From Caldilineales bacterium (GTDB taxonomy: Bacteria > Chloroflexota > Anaerolineae > J102), in contig JAGFJG010000001.1 in assembly GCA_024102915.1 (NCBI GenBank), forward strand, positions 45,554-109,553: a DNA stretch of 64,000 nt, in the 5' to 3' direction. Each line of letters opens with the position of its first letter. The stretch's first letter is position 1. Positions 32,394 to 41,781 of the stretch are shown one piece after another. The notes under the pieces are model-generated. The model was not told where the DNA came from. It saw nothing but the letters and a program-made list of their open reading frames with translations, and ran no database searches. A program made the position numbers and the translations under genes.

Positions 32394-34904
32394 ATGAAAG
32401 CAATTGTCATGGCCGGCGGCCAGGGCACTCGTCTCCGACCCCTGACCGTCGAGCGGCCCAAACCCCTTTTGCCCCTGGTGAACAAACCGGTCATCTCGCA
32501 TATTGTCGACTGGCTGCGTCGCTACGGCGTGGAGGAGATTGTCGTCACCTTGCAGCACCAGGCCGAGTGGTTTCAAAACTACCTCAGTTCTGGCGCCAAT
32601 CAGGATATCCATATCGAATACCTGATCGAAGATGTGCCTCTTGGGACGGCGGGCGGCATCGCCCTGGCTTTGGCGGATGGCTTGATTTCTCCCGACGAAT
32701 CAGTCCTGGTCGTGAGCGGCGATGTCGTAACCGATTTCGATATCCGGTCGATAATTACTTACCATCATGACCGGCAGGCTGATGTGACTGTGGCGTTGCA
32801 TAGGGTCAGCAACCCCCTGGAATATGGCATGGTCATCACCGAAGCGGATGGCCGCATCACGCAATTTGTGGAGAAACCGGGGTGGGCGGAAGTGGTCAGC
32901 GATCTGATCAACACCGGCATCTACGTTCTCGAGGCGAAAACGTTGGCGATGATCCCCATCGGCGTCGCCTACGACTTCAGCAACGATCTGTTTCCCAGGC
33001 TGATGGAACAGAACAAACGGATTTATGGCTGCCCCGTGTCAGGCTATTGGTGCGATGTTGGCACGCCCGCCGCCTATTTACAGGCTAACAGCGACATCCT
33101 GGCTCATATCGTCGAGCACGAACCATTGGGCGAGCACATTGGCGGTGAAATCTGGACCGGCGAAAACGTCCAAATCGCTCCCGACGCCGAGCTTTATGGC
33201 CCGATCTATCTGGGCAATAACGTCCAGATCAAGGGCGGCGTGATCGTGCATGGGCCAGCGGTGATTCGGGACGACACCGTGGTCGACAGCCGCGTCAATA
33301 TCTCGCATACAGTGATCTGGCGAGGCTGCTACATCGGTGAAGATGCCGAAATCCACGGGGCTGTGATCAGCAGGCAATGCGTGTTCAAGCGGAAGGTGCT
33401 GGTCAGGGAAGGCGCGGTCGTTGGGGATCGATGCACGGTGGGCGAGGGCGCAGTTATTGGCCAGGATGTGAAGTTGTGGCCCGCCAAGGAGATCGAGTCA
33501 GGTGCGATCGTCCGTAATAGCATCGTCTGGGGTTCACGAGGGCGCAGGGTTTTGTTCAGTCGCTTCGGCGTGACCGGCGTGGTCAATGTCGATCTGACGC
33601 CGGAGTTTTGCGCCAAGCTGGGGGTGGCTTTTGGCGCGAGTCTGCCCAAAGGCAGCATGGTCACCATCAATCGCGATACGCATCCCAGTTCCCGCATGTT
33701 GAAACGCGCCATCATCTCCGGGCTGCCTGCAGCCGGCATCCAGGTTTGGGATCTGCGAACACAGCCGGTTCCCGTCGCTCGTTTCACCACCCGCATGAGC
33801 GATGCCCAGGCCGGCGTGCATGTGCGCATTTCTCCGCATGACCGCCGGGTGGTGGACATCAGCTTTATGGCTGCTGATGGTCTGGACTTGGGTCGGGCGA
33901 AGGAGCGCGAGGTGGAGCGGCTGTTCTTCCGCGAGGATTTCCGTCGGGCGCAACTCGACGACATCGGCACCATCGATTACGCGCCCGATGTTGAGGAACA
34001 GTACGCCCAGGCCTTTTTGCAGCGATTGGATTGTGATTGCATCCAGAATGCCCACGCCAACATCGCTGTCGATTACGCACATGCGACCACGGTGGACGTG
34101 TTGGAGCCATTGTTGGCGGAATTGGATGTGGAAGTGGTCGGACTCAATACCCGCGTCGATGCTCAGTTGCTTTCCATCCTGGAAAGGGAATGGGAGCATG
34201 GCATGGAGCAATTGGCCCGCATCGTGCATGCGATGGGGTTGCAGTTTGGCGCTCGGCTCGATGTCAGTGGCAGCAAGGTGTTCCTCGTGGACGATCAGGG
34301 ACGTCTTATCCACCATACCGTGGCGGCGGCCATCATGGCTGATCTGGTCTGGCGCGAGCAGCCCGGCGCTATGGTTGCCGTGCCGGTCGACAGGCCCGCC
34401 ATTTTCGAGAGGTTGGCGGCCCAATATGGCGGCCAGGTCTTGCGCACCAAGGTTGATCTCTATTCACTCATGACTGCTGCCGCCCATCATTCCGTGCCGC
34501 TGGCCGCCGATGGTCATGGGCACTTCATCAGTTCCGATTTCGATCCTGTCCCGGACGGCATGTTTGCGCTGGCGCGGCTGACGCAGTATCTGGCAAAGCA
34601 TGAGGTAAGGCTAAGCGAATTAGCCGCGAGCCTGCCTCGATTCGAATGGCTGCACGAGACGATTCCCTGCTCGTGGGATGCCAAAGGCAGGGTGATGAGG
34701 CGCGTCAACGAAGAGGCTGCAAGCTATGATCCGAATACGGTTGATGGCGTCAAGTTCTTCCTGGATAACGAGCATTGGGTGCTGGTTCGTCCCGATCCTG
34801 ACAGAGCTTCTCTTCACATCTATGTGGAAGCGCCCACGATAGAGGATGCCGAAAGATTGATGTCCGAACGGGTTGCCTGGGTACAGAGCCTGGAGCGCAA
34901 TTGA
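32394..34904 (+). CDS. Sugar-1-phosphate nucleotidyltransferase + left-handed beta-helix + phosphohexomutase-like C-terminal domain (degenerate motifs)
   Basis: ATG 32394 gives MKAIVMAGGQGTRLRPLTVERPKPLLPLVNKP (NTP-transferase G-loop). The track ORF is extended upstream to GTG 32274. Hexapeptide repeats span roughly residues 290-390. The C-terminal ~440 aa align to the mutase fold but read VRISPHD and LDVSGSK where TASHNP and DGDADR are expected. Confidence 0.85.
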   Translation: MKAIVMAGGQGTRLRPLTVERPKPLLPLVNKPVISHIVDWLRRYGVEEIVVTLQHQAEWFQNYLSSGANQDIHIEYLIEDVPLGTAGGIALALADGLISPDESVLVVSGDVVTDFDIRSIITYHHDRQADVTVALHRVSNPLEYGMVITEADGRITQFVEKPGWAEVVSDLINTGIYVLEAKTLAMIPIGVAYDFSNDLFPRLMEQNKRIYGCPVSGYWCDVGTPAAYLQANSDILAHIVEHEPLGEHIGGEIWTGENVQIAPDAELYGPIYLGNNVQIKGGVIVHGPAVIRDDTVVDSRVNISHTVIWRGCYIGEDAEIHGAVISRQCVFKRKVLVREGAVVGDRCTVGEGAVIGQDVKLWPAKEIESGAIVRNSIVWGSRGRRVLFSRFGVTGVVNVDLTPEFCAKLGVAFGASLPKGSMVTINRDTHPSSRMLKRAIISGLPAAGIQVWDLRTQPVPVARFTTRMSDAQAGVHVRISPHDRRVVDISFMAADGLDLGRAKEREVERLFFREDFRRAQLDDIGTIDYAPDVEEQYAQAFLQRLDCDCIQNAHANIAVDYAHATTVDVLEPLLAELDVEVVGLNTRVDAQLLSILEREWEHGMEQLARIVHAMGLQFGARLDVSGSKVFLVDDQGRLIHHTVAAAIMADLVWREQPGAMVAVPVDRPAIFERLAAQYGGQVLRTKVDLYSLMTAAAHHSVPLAADGHGHFISSDFDPVPDGMFALARLTQYLAKHEVRLSELAASLPRFEWLHETIPCSWDAKGRVMRRVNEEAASYDPNTVDGVKFFLDNEHWVLVRPDPDRASLHIYVEAPTIEDAERLMSERVAWVQSLERN

Positions 34905-34986
34905 GGAACTGAATGCTGATTACTGAAGACTAACCATGACTTTGTGAGTGGCAGGCAATCTTCACCAATAGAACAATGAAACCCGC

Positions 34987-36903
34987 ATGAAAGCCTTTAC
35001 TAAAAACCGGGGCATCCTCACCGCCCTGCTGATTCTGAGCAGCCTGGCCTTGCTGTCATGCAATCGCTCACGCCCGGCGCCGGACGATGTCGATATCGAA
35101 CCGACCGCAGTCATCGCAGAGAATACCGTAGTCGTGACGCGAGTTGTGGAAAAGCTGGTCGAAGTCACCCCCCAACCCTTCACGGTTGCTCATCCACTGC
35201 TCGGAGACGCCCGCATTCGTCAGGCCATCGCGCATTGCATCGACCGCGAGGCGCTGATAGCCGCCCTGTATCCCTACCTCGACACTGATGCCAGGGCCAG
35301 TCTGTTCGTCGATTCTTTTCTGCCCAATGAGCACTGGGCCTATGCCGGCCCCTATCCCGATCACGCATATGATCCGGCTGCGGGTTCTGGCTTGCTGGAA
35401 TCGGCGGGATGGTCGCTGGCCGAGGATGCCATTTATCGCACCAACGCCGCCGGGGATGTTTTGACATTGAAGCTGACCACAACCGACAGCCAGACCCGGC
35501 AAACCTGGGCGGAAGTCGTCGAAGATAACCTGCGCGATTGCGGCGTCCAACTGGTGCGGCTGCATACGCCCGCTTCCTGGTGGCTGGGCGCGGATACCGG
35601 TTTACAGCGGCGCGATTTTGAATTGGGCGCTTATGCCCAATCGAGCCAGGCTGAGCCAGACGAATGGGCTCGCTATACCTGTGGAGCGATCCCGCTGCCC
35701 GCCAATGACTGGGAAGGCGAAAACTACAGCGGTTGGTGCAACGCCGAGGCTGACACGGCAGTTCGGGCGGTCGAATCCACGCTCGATCAGGTTGAACGAA
35801 AACGACTGTACGGCATCGTGCAGGAGAAGTTCATCGAGGACATGCCCGCATTGCCTTTATATCGCCGGGCGGAAGCGGAGGCGTGGACCAACAATATCGC
35901 CGGCATCACGCCGAACCCAAGCGAATTCAGTACAGCGCACATCGGCGAATGGCAGATCGCCGAAGGAGATACGATTCGCATCGGCATGCTGGATGAACCG
36001 GCGCAGATCATGCCTTTCGGCTTACAAACCCCCAGCCTGCAACAGATCGCTCAGATCGGCCTGGGCAGCCTGTGGACTGCGGACGACTACGGCTATCAGC
36101 CTCGTACCCAGACCCCTCTCCCGACCCTGGAGAATGGGCTGATCTCGGTACAAATGATCGATGTCAAGGCGGGTGATCGGGTTGTGGATGTCAGGGGCGA
36201 AGCACAGACGCTTGGGCCAGGCCTGGAGGTTGTTGTCGATGGCGATGTCGTCACATACGACGGCAACGGCTCGATCTCTCTGCCGCGGATGACAGTCGAA
36301 TACCGATTTGACGAATTCACATGGAGCGACGGCGTTGCAGCAACCACGGCTGATATCGAGTTGGCGCATCGCTTTGCCTGCCGCCCGGAGAGCGCGCAAC
36401 CCGTCTGCGCCGCCATCGCCGATGTGGCGTTTGGTCCCGGCATGCAGGCGACGGTAACTTACCTGCCCGGCTATTTCAACCCTACCGCCACACTGTCCCC
36501 CTGGCCGCAACTCTATCCCAGCCACCTCGCCCTGGCCGATGGGCGTCTGCTGAGCGATGCGCCGCCGGACGAGTGGCAATCCCTGGCCGAGTTCACGAAC
36601 AGGCCACTCAGCTATGGTCCTTACCGGCTGGCGGAATGGACGCGCGGCGAACGGATGGTTTTTGAGGCAAATCCCCATTACGCGCCTGCGCCCCAAACGC
36701 CCCGCGTGGTCATCGAGTTCGTCCCCAATCCGGAAGAGGCGGTCGCACGCTTGCAGAACGGCGAGCTCGACTATCTGGAACGGGCGCTGGTGGGCGAACA
36801 CGAAATGCAAATGCTGACTGCGGATGCGCGGGCCGGAATCAACCTGGCCGTCATTCCTGGCCCCATCCGGGAGCGGCTTGACATGAATCTCTTCGTACCA
36901 TGA
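34987..36903 (+). CDS. Family-5 (peptide/nickel-type) ABC substrate-binding lipoprotein, apparently circularly permuted
   Basis: Lipobox LALLSC plus a VVVTRVVEKLVEV linker as in the two paralogues downstream. The conserved blocks then appear in the order C-terminal half first, N-terminal half second (see findings). Confidence 0.8.
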   Translation: MKAFTKNRGILTALLILSSLALLSCNRSRPAPDDVDIEPTAVIAENTVVVTRVVEKLVEVTPQPFTVAHPLLGDARIRQAIAHCIDREALIAALYPYLDTDARASLFVDSFLPNEHWAYAGPYPDHAYDPAAGSGLLESAGWSLAEDAIYRTNAAGDVLTLKLTTTDSQTRQTWAEVVEDNLRDCGVQLVRLHTPASWWLGADTGLQRRDFELGAYAQSSQAEPDEWARYTCGAIPLPANDWEGENYSGWCNAEADTAVRAVESTLDQVERKRLYGIVQEKFIEDMPALPLYRRAEAEAWTNNIAGITPNPSEFSTAHIGEWQIAEGDTIRIGMLDEPAQIMPFGLQTPSLQQIAQIGLGSLWTADDYGYQPRTQTPLPTLENGLISVQMIDVKAGDRVVDVRGEAQTLGPGLEVVVDGDVVTYDGNGSISLPRMTVEYRFDEFTWSDGVAATTADIELAHRFACRPESAQPVCAAIADVAFGPGMQATVTYLPGYFNPTATLSPWPQLYPSHLALADGRLLSDAPPDEWQSLAEFTNRPLSYGPYRLAEWTRGERMVFEANPHYAPAPQTPRVVIEFVPNPEEAVARLQNGELDYLERALVGEHEMQMLTADARAGINLAVIPGPIRERLDMNLFVP

Positions 36904-37081
36904 TCCCATCGCGCTAATCGACCTCAATTCGGGTTCAGGCGAAGGCTTTTCAGAGCCGGGAGCAGCCGGTCAACTCCGCTGATTTTCACACCCAAATTAC
37001 AGGTCGTGCGTAATCATTTTTGCAGCACTATGTCCGTTATTTTCGCCTGTCCAATCACAACTGGCGATTCGCAGAAGTCGT

Positions 37082-37111
37082 TTGACAATGCTAACATCAG
37101 CGTGATAAACT
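37082..37111 (+). promoter_or_regulatory. Candidate sigma-70-type promoter for the ABC ATPase/binding-protein operon
   Basis: TTGACA (37082-37087), a 17-nt spacer, then ATAAAC preceded by TG (gTGATAAACT). It lies about 100 nt upstream of the ATG at 37212. Confidence 0.45.
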
Positions 37112-37211
37112 GCGCCACTACCCAGGCAAATCATGCCGAAAGTTGGCAGATTTCGGGTCTAATTGTCGTCGGGTAGAATTTTCACCCGGTCCTCACTGAC
37201 AAGGAGCACGG

Positions 37212-38222
37212 ATGACCACATTACTCGAGGTCAAAGGACTCAAAACTCATTTTTTCACCGATGATGGCGTCGTACAGGCGGTAAACGGCATATCGTACAC
37301 CCTGGACGAAGGTGAAACCCTGGCAATTGTAGGGGAAAGCGGTTGTGGTAAAAGTGTGGGTGTGATGTCTCTTATACGATTGATTCCGCAACCTCCGGGT
37401 AAAGTGGTAGCCGGTGAGGTGTGGTTCATGGGTAAAAATCTTTTGGAGATGAGTGACGATGAAATTCGTCAGGTGCGCGGCAATCGCATAGCGATGATCT
37501 TTCAGGATCCCATGACATCGCTCAATCCGGTACTGACGATCGGGCAGCAGATCACCGAGTCGCTGCAATTGCATTTGGGCATGGACAATGACCAGTCACG
37601 CAAGCGGGCAGTCGAACTGTTGGAACTGGTCGGCATCCCTGGCGCTGAGACCCGCCTCGATCAGTATCCGCACCAATTTTCCGGCGGCATGCGGCAGCGT
37701 GTGATGATCGCTATGGGCCTGTCCTGCAATCCGCAGATTTTGATTGCGGATGAGCCGACGACGGCTCTCGATGTGACGATTCAGGCGCAGATCGTCGATC
37801 TCGTCAAAGAGTTGAAAGACAAAATCGGCATGGCCATCATCTGGATCACCCACGATTTGGGCGTGGTCGCGGGCATCGCCGATAGGGTTATCGTCATGTA
37901 CGCAGGCCAGATTATCGAAGAGGCCGGGGTGCTGGAACTGTACAAACGTCCGCACCACCCCTACACACTCGGCTTGCTGCGTTCTATTCCCCGCCTGGAT
38001 CAGGGCCACGACGAAAAACTGATCCCGATCGAAGGCCTGCCCCCCGACCTGGTCGATCCGCCCAAAGGTTGTTCCTTTGCTGCTCGTTGTGAATACAAAA
38101 TTGACCGTTGTCTATCCGAAGACCCTGCAATCGAATACGTTACGCCTACCCATCGCGTAGCATGTTGGCGCTGGGAAGATGTTATCGCTGGCGTCATACT
38201 CAATGGAGGCCAACATGCCTGA
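37212..38222 (+). CDS. Oligopeptide/dipeptide ABC transporter ATP-binding protein (DppD/OppD-like)
   Basis: GAGCACGG precedes the ATG. Walker [10 protein letters not shown], signature [12 protein letters not shown], Walker [13 protein letters not shown], and a C-terminal Cys-rich extension [14 protein letters not shown]. Confidence 0.92.
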   Translation: MTTLLEVKGLKTHFFTDDGVVQAVNGISYTLDEGETLAIVGESGCGKSVGVMSLIRLIPQPPGKVVAGEVWFMGKNLLEMSDDEIRQVRGNRIAMIFQDPMTSLNPVLTIGQQITESLQLHLGMDNDQSRKRAVELLELVGIPGAETRLDQYPHQFSGGMRQRVMIAMGLSCNPQILIADEPTTALDVTIQAQIVDLVKELKDKIGMAIIWITHDLGVVAGIADRVIVMYAGQIIEEAGVLELYKRPHHPYTLGLLRSIPRLDQGHDEKLIPIEGLPPDLVDPPKGCSFAARCEYKIDRCLSEDPAIEYVTPTHRVACWRWEDVIAGVILNGGQHA

Positions 38223-39210
38223 GAACAACGGCCAGCTATTGCATGTCCAGGGCCTGAAAATGTACTTCCCGATCACCCGGGGCATCATCATTCAGCGCAA
38301 AGTCGCCGATGTGAAGGCTGTGGATGGCATTTCTTTTTCTATCAAATCCGGCGAGACGCTGGGGTTGGTTGGTGAATCGGGCTGTGGGAAATCAACCACC
38401 GGCAGGGCGATCTTACAACTCTACAAACCCACCGCCGGCAGTGTGAAATTCCACGGCGATGAACTGACGGAAATGAAGGGCGAAACGTTGCGGCGCGAGC
38501 GGCGGCGCATGCAGATGATCTTCCAGGATCCGTATGCATCCCTGAACCCCCGTATGACAGTGGGCAATATCGTCGGCGAGCCGCTTGACGTACACAAGCT
38601 TGCGTCCGGCAGAGCCCGTGATGAGCGCGTGCAAGAACTGCTGCGCTTGGTCGGCCTGAACCCCTATTTTGTCAATCGCTATCCGCATGAATTTTCCGGC
38701 GGCCAGCGCCAGCGCATCGGCATCGCCAGAGCGTTGGCCGTGGACCCGGAGTTCATCGTCTGCGATGAGCCGATTTCCGCCCTGGATGTGTCCGTACAGG
38801 CGCAGGTCGTCAATCTGCTCAAGGATTTGCAGAACGAATTGGGTCTGACCTACCTGTTCATCGCTCATGATCTCTCGATGGTGCGTCACATCTCGGATCG
38901 TGTGGCCGTCATGTATTTAGGCAAGATTGTCGAACTGACCGACTATCAAACGCTGTATGACGATCCGAAACACCCCTACACCCAGGCCCTGCTGTCGGCT
39001 GTACCAATTCCCGACCCGGTTATCGAAAAGGAGCGGCAGCGCGTCATCCTGGAAGGCGATGTGCCCAGCCCGACTAATCCGCCCACCGGTTGCAACTTCA
39101 ATACGCGTTGCCCGCGGGTCATGGATGTGTGTCGCAAAGTCGACCCCAAATGGCAGGATGTAGGCGAGGCTGGCAAGGAACATTGGGTCGCCTGTCATCT
39201 TTATGAATGA
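38215..39210 (+). CDS. Oligopeptide/dipeptide ABC transporter ATP-binding protein (DppF/OppF-like)
   Basis: ATG 38215 follows a GGAGG and overlaps the upstream stop (ATGCCTGA). The track start at 38179 is an upstream extension. Walker [10 protein letters not shown], signature [12 protein letters not shown], Walker [13 protein letters not shown], and [14 protein letters not shown]. Confidence 0.92.
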   Translation: MPENNGQLLHVQGLKMYFPITRGIIIQRKVADVKAVDGISFSIKSGETLGLVGESGCGKSTTGRAILQLYKPTAGSVKFHGDELTEMKGETLRRERRRMQMIFQDPYASLNPRMTVGNIVGEPLDVHKLASGRARDERVQELLRLVGLNPYFVNRYPHEFSGGQRQRIGIARALAVDPEFIVCDEPISALDVSVQAQVVNLLKDLQNELGLTYLFIAHDLSMVRHISDRVAVMYLGKIVELTDYQTLYDDPKHPYTQALLSAVPIPDPVIEKERQRVILEGDVPSPTNPPTGCNFNTRCPRVMDVCRKVDPKWQDVGEAGKEHWVACHLYE

Positions 39211-39516
39211 GAAAACCGGTAATCAGGTTGATTGACGATAATTCAAAATCAGATGCTTTGGGCGTGATGTCAGCCGCCTTGCAGACTCGGCCAGTTATAA
39301 CAGCCATAATTACTACCCCCATCCATCTATTCTCGACTCAAGTCTTTTGTCACCAGCACTCTCCGACCGAAGTGTGGGAGGTGAATAGCCATATCGTGCT
39401 TCCCTTATCCCTGCACTGGCGCCAGTTTGGCAGACTGGCATAAGAGCAAATCGTAGATGCGATTCGACAAATCAAATTTGCATCTCAAGCCTGTTTTCTC
39501 TTTGGAGGAGAAAATC

Positions 39517-41589
39517 ATGTCTCGTAACAAATGGATGATCCTGATCGCTTTCCTGGTCCTCGGCGTCCTCGTGTTATCAGCCTGCGCTACGGCTGCGCCA
39601 GCAGAGCCGCAGGTGGTGGTGCAGACCGTGGTGGTCGAAAAGGAAAAGATAGTTGAGTCCACCGTCGTTGTCGAGAAAGAAGTTCAGGTTGAAGTCACCT
39701 CGACACCGGCGCCTATGGATACGGGAGCGCCTCGGCCTGACACCTACACATTTGCCACCTTTGGCGATGTGGACACCCTTGATCCTAACCTGGCTTATGA
39801 CACTGCCAGCGGCACCGTGCTCTTTAACGTGATGGAATCCCTGATCTTCTACAACGGTGAAGATGCCACCACGTTTGTGCCTGTCCTGGCTAAAGAAGTG
39901 CCTTCCTTGGAAAACGGCCTTATCTCGGAAGATGGCCTCACTTACATCTTCAACATCCGCGAGGGCGTTAAATTCCACGAAGGCGGCGACCTTACACCCA
40001 GTGATGTTGCCTACACCTTCCAACGCGGTCTTTTGCAGTCGGACCCCAATGGCCCGCAATGGCTTTTGATCGAACCATTGCTGGGCTACGCTTCCGGTGA
40101 CGTGACTGAAGAGATCGCCGAAGGCGCTTACGCTGGCGATCCCGACGCCCTGAAGGCCAATGCCACTCCTGAAGAACTACAGATGGTCTGTGACAAGGTG
40201 ATGGCTGCGGTTGTGGCCGATGACGCCGCTGGAACAGTAACTTTCAGTCTGGCTCAGCCCTGGGGCCCCTTCTTGGCCACGCTCGTCCCCTATTGGGGCA
40301 GCATTATGGACAAGGAGTGGGCGCTCGAACAGGGTGCATGGGATGGCACTTGTGAAACCTGGGTCGACCATTATGCTCCTGGCTCCGAAAACGATGAACT
40401 CTCCGAGGTCGTAAACGGCACCGGCCCCTACAAACTGGAAAGCTGGACGCCTGGCGAAGGCTGGGTGCTGGTTGCGAATGAGGATTATTGGCGACCCGAA
40501 GGCGAACCGATGTGGGAAGGCGGCCCCTCCGGCGTACCTCAGATCAAGCGCGTTGTGCAGCAACAGGTCAACGAATGGGGCACCCGCTTCGCCATGCTGC
40601 AGGCTGGCGATGTCGAAGCCGCCGCCGTACCCGCGGCCAACCGGCCTCAGGCCGACGAATTCGTTGGCGAATTCTGTGATTATGCCACGGGCGAATGCAC
40701 GCCCAATGCCGACAATCCGGATGGCCCATTGCGCAAATGGGGTAACATGCCGACCGTCAGTCGCACCGATGTGTTCCTGACTTTCAACGTCGCCACCGAT
40801 GAGAACGGTAACAATCCTTACATCGGCAGCGGCCAACTCGACGGCAATGGCATTCCGCCAGACTTCTTCAGCGATGTCCATGTGCGCAAGGCCATGAACT
40901 ACTGCTTCGACTATGACGCCTTTATCGCCGATGCCCAGAATGGTGAAGGCGCTCGCAACAACGGCCCCATCATCCTGGATATGCTGGGCTACAACCCGGA
41001 TGGCGAATACTACCCGTTCGACCTCGACCAATGTGCGGCGGAACTGGAACAGGCCTGGGGCGGCGTATTGCCCGAGACCGGTTTCCGCTTCCAGATCGCC
41101 TTCAACACCGGCAACGTGACCCGCCAGACCGCAGCCGCTATCTTCCAGAACAACCTGGCTTCGATCAACGAAAAATATCAGGTGGAAATCGTCGGCTTGC
41201 CCTGGCCTACCTTCCTGCGCTCCTTCCGCGCCGTACAGCTTCCGGTGTCCATCAGCGGCTGGCACGAGGATATTCATGATCCGCACAACTGGGCGCAACC
41301 ATTCACCGTAGGCACTTACGCTGGTCGTCAAGCGCTTCCCGACGATCTCAGGGCGCAGTTCCAGGAACTGGTCACAGCCGGTGTGCTTGCCGCCGATCCG
41401 GCCGCACGTGAAGCGATTTACTATGATTTGCAGAAGTTGCATCATGACACCGCTATCCAGGTTACGCTATCACAGGGCGCTGGATCACGTTACGAACAGC
41501 GGTGGGTCGACGGCTTCTACTACAACTCGGCTCTGTACGATGGCATGCCAGATGCTGGTTACATGTATGCACTCGGCCTCCAACAGTAG
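39517..41589 (+). CDS. Family-5 ABC substrate-binding lipoprotein (paralogue A)
   Basis: GGAGGAG precedes ATG 39517. Lipobox VLSAC. Canonical block order: DVDTLDPNLAYD, VKFHEGGDLTPSDVAYTFQR, GTGPYKLESWTPGEGW, VHVRKAMNYCFDYD. Confidence 0.9.
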   Translation: MSRNKWMILIAFLVLGVLVLSACATAAPAEPQVVVQTVVVEKEKIVESTVVVEKEVQVEVTSTPAPMDTGAPRPDTYTFATFGDVDTLDPNLAYDTASGTVLFNVMESLIFYNGEDATTFVPVLAKEVPSLENGLISEDGLTYIFNIREGVKFHEGGDLTPSDVAYTFQRGLLQSDPNGPQWLLIEPLLGYASGDVTEEIAEGAYAGDPDALKANATPEELQMVCDKVMAAVVADDAAGTVTFSLAQPWGPFLATLVPYWGSIMDKEWALEQGAWDGTCETWVDHYAPGSENDELSEVVNGTGPYKLESWTPGEGWVLVANEDYWRPEGEPMWEGGPSGVPQIKRVVQQQVNEWGTRFAMLQAGDVEAAAVPAANRPQADEFVGEFCDYATGECTPNADNPDGPLRKWGNMPTVSRTDVFLTFNVATDENGNNPYIGSGQLDGNGIPPDFFSDVHVRKAMNYCFDYDAFIADAQNGEGARNNGPIILDMLGYNPDGEYYPFDLDQCAAELEQAWGGVLPETGFRFQIAFNTGNVTRQTAAAIFQNNLASINEKYQVEIVGLPWPTFLRSFRAVQLPVSISGWHEDIHDPHNWAQPFTVGTYAGRQALPDDLRAQFQELVTAGVLAADPAAREAIYYDLQKLHHDTAIQVTLSQGAGSRYEQRWVDGFYYNSALYDGMPDAGYMYALGLQQ

Positions 41590-41615
41590 CGCCCCTCACC
41601 TCTAATCGGTACCAT

Positions 41616-41644
41616 ACCTGGCGAGAGGCTTTCTTTCGCCAGGT
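41616..41644 (+). other. Stable stem-loop after binding-protein gene A
   Basis: ACCTGGCGA, an 11-nt loop, TCGCCAGGT. The stem is 9 bp with no U-tract. Confidence 0.5.
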
Positions 41645-41781
41645 GTTACTCCGGCGAACCTGCTGGCAGAGAAGCTTCTTTGTATGCCAGCCAGGGTAAG
41701 CCGGACATCTATCTATCGTCGTCGCTGACTCGTCCCCAACGTGCAGCGCTCCAACCTCATCTTACTCCCTGGAGGAGAACT

